A stretch of 41,731 nt of DNA, taken from a virus. Lineage: Duplodnaviria; Caudoviricetes. The notes under the pieces were generated by a model. It was not told the origin of the DNA, did no database searches, and was given only the letters and a program-made list of their open reading frames with translations. The translations under genes and the position numbers were made by a program. The DNA is taken from positions 1-41,731 of the IMG/VR virus record IMGVR_UViG_3300043652_000023, one strand, 5' to 3'. Of this stretch, positions 16,230-23,040 are shown piece after piece (the stretch's first letter is position 1; each line of letters begins with the position of its first letter).

Positions 16230-16310
16230 ATGGACTCCGTATCCCTGATAGCGGTTCTGTTCGCACCTGTGGTCGCGGCGTTCCTGATCATCTTCAGGCA
16301 GCGCCGTTGA
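16230..16310 (+). CDS. 26-aa single-TM micropeptide (MDSVSLIAVLFAPVVAAFLIIFRQRR)
   Basis: AGGAG RBS, own repeat promoter, hydrophobic core with basic tail. Confidence 0.65.
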   Translation: MDSVSLIAVLFAPVVAAFLIIFRQRR

Positions 16311-16314
16311 CCTA

Positions 16315-16344
16315 CTTGCGCAACGGGCAAGGCCATGGTTTAAT
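16315..16344 (+). promoter_or_regulatory. Cassette promoter/operator
   Basis: CTTGCGCAACGGGCAAG...TGGTTTAAT. Confidence 0.75.
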
Positions 16345-16388
16345 TTAATTATTGGGGGGCGCACCGCTCCCCGGTAGGGGAGGATACC

Positions 16389-16580
16389 GTGGCCGACACG
16401 ACGTACAAGCTGCAGTACCGGAACGCGAACACCGGCAAGATGCACACCGAGTTCCTGGGGACGAAGGCCGTCACCCGCCGCTGGGCGAGGCTCGCCAAGG
16501 CCGCCGCCCCCCAGACCCACGAGCTGAGGGTCCGCCGCCAGATCCCGGGCGGCTGGGAGGACGTCACCGACCAGTTCTAG
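16389..16580 (+). CDS. Small hypothetical protein (63 aa)
   Basis: GGAGG RBS, GTG start, hairpin after the stop. Confidence 0.8.
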   Translation: MADTTYKLQYRNANTGKMHTEFLGTKAVTRRWARLAKAAAPQTHELRVRRQIPGGWEDVTDQF

Positions 16581-16630
16581 GGCGCCCGCCGCCCCGACCC
16601 GAAAGGGCCGGGGCGCACCCGGCAAAGGTA

Positions 16631-16661
16631 CTTGCGCGAGGCGCAAGCTGTATGATTTAAT
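16631..16661 (+). promoter_or_regulatory. Cassette promoter/operator
   Basis: CTTGCGCGAGGCGCAAG...TGATTTAAT. Confidence 0.75.
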
Positions 16662-16707
16662 TTGATTATGGAGGGGGGCGTCGCCCCCACAACACGAGGA
16701 GCTTCAA

Positions 16708-16860
16708 ATGGCGTTCACCCAGGGACAGCGCGTCGAGCACATCCAGACCGGCGCCGAGGGAACCGTGACCGACCCCGCTCCGGACAACACCGAAGTCAAC
16801 TGGGACGCCAACGAGCACGGCGGTTACATCGCCCGGCACGAAGACTCCGAGATCCGCTGA
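16708..16860 (+). CDS. 50-aa SH3-like protein (MAFTQGQRVEHIQTGAEGTV...), not in the ORF track
   Basis: GAGGAG RBS, high GC3, hairpin after the stop. Confidence 0.75.
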   Translation: MAFTQGQRVEHIQTGAEGTVTDPAPDNTEVNWDANEHGGYIARHEDSEIR

Positions 16861-16933
16861 CCGACCAGCAGGCCGCCGCCCCCGCCCACAAAGCGGGGGC
16901 GTAGCCGTGTACGAGGCCAGTTAACATGAGGTA

Positions 16934-16963
16934 CTTGCGCCGAGCGCAAGGGCATGATTTACT
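16934..16963 (+). promoter_or_regulatory. Cassette promoter/operator
   Basis: CTTGCGCCGAGCGCAAG...TGATTTACT. Confidence 0.75.
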
Positions 16964-17011
16964 TTAGGTATGGGGGGCGGACAGGCCGCCCCCCGGACGG
17001 AGGGAAACCCA

Positions 17012-17848
17012 ATGGACACCATCACCGCAGGCAAGACGGTCCGCACGGCGGACAAGCGGTTCGGCACCGTGGTGAACGTGGGCGAGACCGCGAGCGGCAC
17101 CGTGGCAACCGTCGAGTACCTCCCGAACTTCCGCCACCTCTCCCCGTCCGGCGGCGCCGACTACCGGCTGACCGACCTCACCGAGGTCACCGTCTGCGAG
17201 TGCGCCAAGCTCGGGTACATCGGGGAATCGGGCGAGATGTACACCACCGGCTGCGACTTCAGCCGCCGCCCGGGTCGGAACAGCAAGTTCCTGCCGGGCC
17301 ACGACGCCAAAGCCAAGGGTCTGCTGGTCCGAGCGTACTCCGTCGGCCCGATGCTGGACGGACGCGACGCGCTGACCGTCGCCCGCGACTTCGGCGACAA
17401 GATCACGATGAAGGTCGCGGAGGGCATCGACAAGGAAAGTGCCCGCGAACACAAGAAGGTGAACGCCCGCCGCTGGCAGACCCAGGTGAACCGACCGCAG
17501 CGGGCGGCGGTCCGCGAGGACGAGCAGACCGAAGCCATGAAATTGGCCCGCCAGCTGAAGGTGACCGAGCCGATGCGCGAGATGCTCGCCCACGCGCTGG
17601 CAACCCGGGACGGGGAGGTGTCCGGCCCGTCTGGCACGCAGGTGGCGCTGAAGGACCGGAAGCTGACCTCCTGGGGGCACGTCACCACCCTGGGGCGCAA
17701 GGTAATGGACTACGACGACCTGGAGGTCGAAAAGGTAGTCTGTATTGACGAGGAGGGCAAGTACACCGAGCACATGTTCCGTTGGGACGAGGCCAAGGGC
17801 GACCGGTTCTGCCGCCGCTGTGGCTGGCAGGCCCCCGAGGGCTACTGA
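17012..17848 (+). CDS. Cys/'FxPGHDA' family protein, paralogue 5 (extra N-terminal barrel and C-terminal Zn-ribbon-like end)
   Basis: CEC...TTGC...SKFLPGHDAKAKGLL; ends with C..H..CRRC. Confidence 0.85.
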   Translation: MDTITAGKTVRTADKRFGTVVNVGETASGTVATVEYLPNFRHLSPSGGADYRLTDLTEVTVCECAKLGYIGESGEMYTTGCDFSRRPGRNSKFLPGHDAKAKGLLVRAYSVGPMLDGRDALTVARDFGDKITMKVAEGIDKESAREHKKVNARRWQTQVNRPQRAAVREDEQTEAMKLARQLKVTEPMREMLAHALATRDGEVSGPSGTQVALKDRKLTSWGHVTTLGRKVMDYDDLEVEKVVCIDEEGKYTEHMFRWDEAKGDRFCRRCGWQAPEGY

Positions 17849-17931
17849 CCGACCAGCACGACCCCGCCCCCGCGCCCTAACCAGGCCGGGGGCTTCCGGG
17901 GTGCCAGAACATAGCCGAGGGGGAAACCGAC

Positions 17932-18183
17932 ATGAACGCCGCGCCTGACGTCACCGAGTTCGTGTACACCGCCGACCTGTTCATCAACAACGAATACGGC
18001 GAGACCCAGCTGATTCGCGTTACTAACAGCGGAACAGTAGCCGGAAACTTCACCGAGGAGACGTTAGAACAGGCCATGATCGATGTCATTTCCCAGCGGC
18101 TTGAGGTCGACCCGGACAGCATCGACATTGCTCGGATGCTGTGGTCGACATATGTGGCCGACCCGCAAACCGAGGACGCGTGA
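17932..18183 (+). CDS. Acidic hypothetical protein (83 aa)
   Basis: GAGGGGG RBS; contains a TTA codon at 18064. Confidence 0.7.
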   Translation: MNAAPDVTEFVYTADLFINNEYGETQLIRVTNSGTVAGNFTEETLEQAMIDVISQRLEVDPDSIDIARMLWSTYVADPQTEDA

Positions 18184-18335
18184 CCGCACCGCCGCCCAGC
18201 CCCCGCACCCGCACGCGGGGGCTCCGCTGTATCCCCGGCCGCACGAGACGGCCGCCGGGTGCTGCTGGCCGACGGGCGGGCGGGGAGGCTGCCACCGGGC
18301 CACGGGAGGCCGCGCCGACCGACCCTATCGACCCA

Positions 18336-18365
18336 CTTGCGCGATGAGCAAGAGCATGATTAAAT
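18336..18365 (+). promoter_or_regulatory. Cassette promoter/operator
   Basis: CTTGCGCGATGAGCAAG...TGATTAAAT. Confidence 0.75.
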
Positions 18366-18415
18366 TAAATTTGTGAGGCCGGGACGGACCGGCCGACGGA
18401 GCCGAGGAGCACAAA

Positions 18416-18583
18416 ATGCGATACACCCGCCAGGAAATGAAGACCTACCGCGCGGTCCTCAGCAACGGCAAGGTCGCCAAGATCACCGCCCCCAGCGTCC
18501 AGCGCGCCAACGCCCGCATGGAGAGCACGATCGAGAAGCAGGGGCTCGACCTCAAGATCGTTTCCATCGACATCTGGGAGTAA
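18416..18583 (+). CDS. 55-aa hypothetical protein (MRYTRQEMKTYRAVLSNG...), not in the ORF track
   Basis: GAGGAG RBS; high GC3. Confidence 0.75.
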   Translation: MRYTRQEMKTYRAVLSNGKVAKITAPSVQRANARMESTIEKQGLDLKIVSIDIWE

Positions 18584-18669
18584 TCCGCCACCCCGCCCGG
18601 TAAGCGCCGCAGGCCCTGACCCCGTGAGAACGGGAGCGGGGCCTGCGGCATGTTGGCCCCGGGAAAGGC

Positions 18670-19030
18670 CCGGCCGTTACCCCCAGTGGGAACGGCCCGT
18701 ACCCCTCTTACGCTCCGTGACTTTGCTCCGGCGACAAGCAGGGGGGGTAACGGCTTCTCAGATGGGGGGGTAACGGCTCCGAAATATGGTTCTGTTACCG
18801 GGTCTGTTACCGTTGTCGAGGACGCAAGTTACCATAGGTAAACCCCCTCTCACTTCGTCATTTTTTCAGAGCATTAATAATAATATATATAGGGGTAACA
18901 GGGGTAACACCTCCTGGACCGAGTGGCTCAGGTGGGGAGAGACAGGTCACTCTTTGTCACAGTTAGAAGTTTTTCCCCCATCGTTCTGCCTCGTGCTCCG
19001 GAGACTGTTACCCCCGTTACCCCCCATGAG
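18670..19030. other. Candidate replication origin: GGGGTAAC/GTTACC iterons around an AT-rich core
   Basis: About 10 GTTACC/GGTAAC copies in paired direct and inverted arrangement; ATTAATAATAATATATATA at about 18873-18891; no credible ORF. Confidence 0.6.
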
Positions 19031-19248
19031 AGAGACCTCCCGAAAACCCAACCCAACACGACCTGCAGCACACGATGAACCAGTCCACCCTCGCGCGCGA
19101 GGGCGTTCTTGCGGGGGGAGTGGCGGAGTACCCTCGTCCCGGCCCAGGATGGCATCACGGAGAGCCTGGGCGGGCGGGGGCGGCACTGGACGACCCAGCC
19201 GCCGGACGAGGCCCCCGGAGACCCTGCCAGACAGCGTGCCCTAACCTA

Positions 19249-19278
19249 CTTGCGGTCAACGCAAGCTCGTGATTTAAT
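19249..19278 (+). promoter_or_regulatory. Cassette promoter/operator
   Basis: CTTGCGGTCAACGCAAG...TGATTTAAT. Confidence 0.75.
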
Positions 19279-19329
19279 TGTATTACCGGCCGGGGGCTAA
19301 ACCCCGGTCCCGAGATTGGGAGATTCCAA

Positions 19330-19494
19330 ATGGCCCTCAAGACGTTCTCCGCCCTCCTGAGCGACGGAACCCGCATCAGCGTCTCCGCTGCTTCCGGCCA
19401 GGCCGCCATCAAGAAGGCCAAGGCCGAGATTGCCGACCGCGAGGGCGTCACGGTCCGCAGCGTGGTCACCTCGATCCCGGTTTCGGGCAAGTAA
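19330..19494 (+). CDS. 54-aa hypothetical protein (MALKTFSALLSDGTR...), not in the ORF track
   Basis: GGGAG RBS; similar to 18416..18583; hairpin at about 19508-19540. Confidence 0.75.
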   Translation: MALKTFSALLSDGTRISVSAASGQAAIKKAKAEIADREGVTVRSVVTSIPVSGK

Positions 19495-19653
19495 CAGCCT
19501 CTCCAGCCTGCGCCCCCTGGCCACCCGCCGGGGGGCGCAGCCGTGTGTGGCCCCAGGACGGGGCGGGACGGTACTACGGACGGCCTGGGAGCGGGCGCAG
19601 GTCCTCCAGGCCCGCCGCGCCGGACGAGGCCCCCGGGAGGCCAGCACCGGTCA

Positions 19654-19684
19654 CTTGCGCCAGGAGCAACAACCATGGTTTACT
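19654..19684 (+). promoter_or_regulatory. Cassette promoter/operator variant
   Basis: CTTGCGCCAGGAGCAAC...TGGTTTACT. Confidence 0.7.
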
Positions 19685-19722
19685 TTGTCCTGTAAGCAAC
19701 AACCTTTTGGGGGAGGAACCCA

Positions 19723-20103
19723 ATGCCTCGTGGTGAAAACGTAGCACCCGACGTCTTCGCGGCTCTGAAGTCGTTCGCTGGCGTCGACGTCAGCCTGCGC
19801 GAGCTGGCTATCGAGTCCGACAAGACCGAGCGCCAGGTTCAGCAGACCATGGTCAGGTTGGCCAAGGACCACCAGGACCGCATCACAGTGGTCATCCCGG
19901 GTCACGTCTGGCACTACGCGCTACCGCCGGTCGAGGCCAAGCCGTCCGTGGTCGTCGGCAGGCCGCGTGTCGTCGCCAAATCCCGGCCCAGCCGGGCGGC
20001 AGGTGTCGATGCGGCCTTCGAAACGGTCGGCCAGACCGCTGGGGAGGACGTCATCGTCAGGGGCCTCGTGTCCGGCAAGCTCTACAAGCTGACCGCCCTC
20101 TAG
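19723..20103 (+). CDS. Putative winged-helix DNA-binding protein
   Basis: VFAALK....DVSLRELAIESDKTERQVQQTMVRLAK...GHVWHY pattern; GGAGG RBS. Confidence 0.6.
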   Translation: MPRGENVAPDVFAALKSFAGVDVSLRELAIESDKTERQVQQTMVRLAKDHQDRITVVIPGHVWHYALPPVEAKPSVVVGRPRVVAKSRPSRAAGVDAAFETVGQTAGEDVIVRGLVSGKLYKLTAL

Positions 20104-20191
20104 CCCGAGGCCAGCCAACCCGCCCGCGTCGACCACTAACCTGGTTGCCGTGGGCGGAGCTGTGCGGGGGAGTGGCGGGGCCCGACCAGGG

Positions 20192-20222
20192 GTTGCGCCA
20201 GAGACAAGTTCCGTGGTTTACT
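20192..20222 (+). promoter_or_regulatory. Cassette promoter/operator variant
   Basis: GTTGCGCCAGAGACAAG...TGGTTTACT. Confidence 0.65.
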
Positions 20223-20254
20223 GGTGTTGTAAGGCAAGAAGAGGAGGTGACAGA

Positions 20255-20758
20255 ATGCCTTCATTTTACGACTGGCAGGCCGACGAGCAGGCGCAAGCCT
20301 CCTGCGAGGTCGCCAACAACCCCCGCAGCTGGGAGGCACCCGCCCCCCGGCAAGGCAACCAGCTGGCAGGAAGGGTGAATGCCGTGACCGGACACGTTCC
20401 CGGCTGCGCCTGCGCCCGCTGCCCTGGCTGGTATGACGACCGCGTTGGGGTGAACGTGTCCATGGCGCCGGAGCGCAAGCCCCGGCCCCTCATCGACCAG
20501 GTCGTACCGGTTGCCATCCTGATGGCTATGGTCACCGTGTGCGGGATGGTCCTGATTCCGCTGGTCGCGCCGCTGCTGGCGCTCACCGTGGTGAGCCTGG
20601 TCGCGATCGTCGCGTCCATTGGCCTCCTCGCGATCATCGCAATGTCGGTGGTCTTCATGTTCTCCAAAACCCACAAGAAGAACGCCGAGACGGTTGGCCG
20701 GATCATTTCCGGCGAGGTCGTCAGCAGGCGTTCCGGGTGGCTTCGGGGGCGCAGGTAA
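20255..20758 (+). CDS. Membrane protein with an H..GC.C..C motif
   Basis: GAGGAGG RBS; long hydrophobic segment. Confidence 0.75.
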   Translation: MPSFYDWQADEQAQASCEVANNPRSWEAPAPRQGNQLAGRVNAVTGHVPGCACARCPGWYDDRVGVNVSMAPERKPRPLIDQVVPVAILMAMVTVCGMVLIPLVAPLLALTVVSLVAIVASIGLLAIIAMSVVFMFSKTHKKNAETVGRIISGEVVSRRSGWLRGRR

Positions 20759-20914
20759 AGCCGCGTTGCCGATGGGATTTGTGCGGCGGGCCAGTGAGAT
20801 GCTAGAATGCGTTCGCTGGTTTTAAAATACCAGTTCGTGAGGGCGGTTTCCTCGGCGGCGTTCGAACACGCCGACTGGAGCCGCCCTCATGCATGTTTAA
20901 CCCGGGGGGATTGC

Positions 20915-21154
20915 ATGCGACTCGTGTTGATCACGATAGAAGAAGCTGTCATTTGGACTGGACGTTCAAGGGCAACCATCTGGCGTTGGGCTCAAAATGG
21001 CCGCATCGAGAAGTACCGGACAGGCTCCGGCACTCGGTTCGATCTGAACGAGCTGAACCCGAGAACCGACGATGGCCCTGGCGACGCTCCTCCGTTGAAG
21101 AAACTGGAGCCGACGGATGCCATCGTTTCAAGCGCTTGCGCCCGAGGTCGTTGA
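20915..21154 (+). CDS. Small HTH (excisionase/MerR-like) DNA-binding protein
   Basis: LITIEEAV.WTGRSRATIWRWAQNGRI...RFDLNEL. Confidence 0.7.
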   Translation: MRLVLITIEEAVIWTGRSRATIWRWAQNGRIEKYRTGSGTRFDLNELNPRTDDGPGDAPPLKKLEPTDAIVSSACARGR

Positions 21155-21704
21155 CGCGGTCGTTGCCGACCTGCAGTCCGGCCTGTACGGCCGTAACGAG
21201 ATTGCCCGCCGGAACTACATCGGCCGGGCCACTGTTACGGGCATTGCCCGAGACCATGGCCTCGACCCCAGCAGGGGCAACGACATCACGGCCACCGCCA
21301 ACAAGGCTCGCGCGATCCAGACCCACGAGCGCCGCCAGCAGATCAAAGAGGAGCTGCTTGGCGACGTCGAGCGTCTCCGCGTGCGGGCTTGGTCGCCCTG
21401 GTCCAAAGAGGTCGTCACCCGCGAGGGCATCGAGTCGCTGCACGCCGAGTTGCCGCCGCTGCCTGAGGTTCAGGCGGCTTACCGGTCGATCGGCGTCGCC
21501 CTCGACTCCTACTTCAAGCTCGAAGCGCTGGACACCGCAGGCGAGGGCTCGACCCAGCAGGCCCGAGACTTCCTGGTCGACCTGCACGACAAGCTGACCG
21601 AGGCTCGCGAGGACTACGAGACCAACCCCCGCGCGGCCGAAGAAGACACCGCCCCCGGCCCGGTGACCATCCCGGGCGAGGTGGTGTCGGAGGGCGCTTC
21701 GTGA
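21117..21704 (+). CDS. terS: Terminase small subunit (N-terminal HTH)
   Basis: RNEIARR..IGRATVTGIAR HTH; GTGA-coupled to the large terminase. Confidence 0.7.
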   Translation: MPSFQALAPEVVDAVVADLQSGLYGRNEIARRNYIGRATVTGIARDHGLDPSRGNDITATANKARAIQTHERRQQIKEELLGDVERLRVRAWSPWSKEVVTREGIESLHAELPPLPEVQAAYRSIGVALDSYFKLEALDTAGEGSTQQARDFLVDLHDKLTEAREDYETNPRAAEEDTAPGPVTIPGEVVSEGAS

Positions 21705-22990
21705 GCGTCCTCGAAAAGCTGGCCGATAGGCTCAGCGTGAAGCAGGCCATCAGCCTGGTCGACAGTTTCGCCCGAATCAACGTCTGGCACGGCTCGATCC
21801 GGTCCGGAAAGACGTTCGTTTCGATCGTCGCCTTCCTGATGGCCCTGGTCCAAACGCCCAACGAGGGCTTGATCCTGATCTGCGGCCGGACGCTCGACAC
21901 CATCGGCCGGAACATCCTCGGCCCGATGACCGACGACGGCGTGATGGGCAAACTGCTGGCCTCCCAGGTCAAGTGGACCCCGGGCGCGAGCGTGGCTGTC
22001 ATTCTCGGCCGGACGGTCCACCTGGTGGGCGCGAACGACAAGCGGTCCGAGGGCAAGATCCGAGGCTCCACGGTCGCCCTCGTGTACGTGGACGAAGCGA
22101 CGCTGCTCCCCGAGGACTTCTGGAAGCAGCTGCTCGGCCGGATGAGCGTGGCTGGCGCGCAGCTGTTCGCCACCACCAACCCGGACAACCCGTCGCACTG
22201 GCTCCGCAAGAACTTCATCTCCCGGCAGGGCGAGCTGAACCTGGCGCACTGGCAGTTCGGCCTCGACGACAACCCGTCGCTCAACCCCCGCTACGTGAAC
22301 GACCTCAAAGCCGAGTACACCGGCCTGTGGTACAAGCGGTTCATCCTGGGCGATTGGGTGCAGAGTGAGGGCGCGGTCTACGAGATGTGGGACCCCGACC
22401 GCCACGTGGTCGACGTCCTGCCCTTGATGACCAAGTGGCTGGCGATCGGCATCGACTACGGCACTACCAACCCATTCAGCGGCCTCGTGCTCGGTCTGGG
22501 TGCCGACCGGCGGCTGTACCTCACCGGCGAGTACCGGTATGACAGCAAGCTGAGCAAGAGGCAGCTCACCGACGTCGAGTACTCGAAGCAGGTACGCAGC
22601 TTCCTCTTGCAGCACCCGATCCCAGGCAGCAGGCTGAAGGGCGTATCGCCCGACTGGTGGATTGTCGACCCCTCGGCGGCCTCGTTCCGAGTCCAGCTCT
22701 ACGAGGACGGCGTCACCGCGCGGCTGGCCAACAACGAGGTTAAGTCCGGCATCAACACCCTGGGCTCCCTGCTGGCAACCGACCGCCTGAAGGTGCACAG
22801 GTCGTGCACTGGATTCATCTCCGAAGCGCCCGCGTACAGCTGGGACGAGAAGCAGTCGAACGACGGCAAGGACGTCCCCGTCAAGGCGGATGACCACAGC
22901 CTCGACGCAGCCCGCTACGCGGTCTTCACAACCCGTCCGATCTGGCACGGCCTGCTGAAGGACGTCAACAACTTGGCAGCCGCCGCTTAA
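21701..22990 (+). CDS. terL: Terminase large subunit (PBSX-like)
   Basis: GSIRSGKT Walker A, YVDEAT Walker B, TTNP, GIDYG, DHSLDAARY nuclease motifs. Confidence 0.95.
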   Translation: MSVLEKLADRLSVKQAISLVDSFARINVWHGSIRSGKTFVSIVAFLMALVQTPNEGLILICGRTLDTIGRNILGPMTDDGVMGKLLASQVKWTPGASVAVILGRTVHLVGANDKRSEGKIRGSTVALVYVDEATLLPEDFWKQLLGRMSVAGAQLFATTNPDNPSHWLRKNFISRQGELNLAHWQFGLDDNPSLNPRYVNDLKAEYTGLWYKRFILGDWVQSEGAVYEMWDPDRHVVDVLPLMTKWLAIGIDYGTTNPFSGLVLGLGADRRLYLTGEYRYDSKLSKRQLTDVEYSKQVRSFLLQHPIPGSRLKGVSPDWWIVDPSAASFRVQLYEDGVTARLANNEVKSGINTLGSLLATDRLKVHRSCTGFISEAPAYSWDEKQSNDGKDVPVKADDHSLDAARYAVFTTRPIWHGLLKDVNNLAAAA

Positions 22991-23040
22991 CCACAATACA
23001 GACGACCACGGGTTGCCGTGGGCAACTCACAGCGGGGGGA

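Larger units (their letters stand above)
304..20208. repeat. Dispersed 17-bp palindrome CTTGC-N7-GCAAG (about 24 copies including variants), mostly overlapping promoter -35 boxes
   Basis: Copies start at 304, 691, 1361, 2611, 3312, 5985(-), 6016(-), 6078, 9453, 12684(-), 12915(-), 12944 (weak), 13640, 13992, 15204, 16149, 16315, 16631, 16934, 18336, 18722, 18812, 19249, 19654, 20192. None noticed in the structural operon. Confidence 0.9.

Noticed and set aside
18650-19300. Short ORFs across the iteron region
   Set aside because: No RBS, atypical codon usage and mutual overlap; the region is better explained as non-coding
304-20208. CRISPR array or mini-array interpretation of the recurring CTTGC..GCAAG repeat
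   Set aside because: Spacing is irregular (150 bp to several kb), the intervening DNA is protein-coding, the repeat core varies and no cas genes are visible
20915-21154. Excisionase implying an integration module
   Set aside because: No integrase or att-like site is visible, and the position beside terS fits a generic HTH protein
22988-23026. TAACCACAA(T/C)ACA (also at 31906) and GTTGCC-GTG-GGCAAC as late-promoter or operator motifs
   Set aside because: Only two copies of the first, and the palindrome has a 5-nt rather than 7-nt core; too little support
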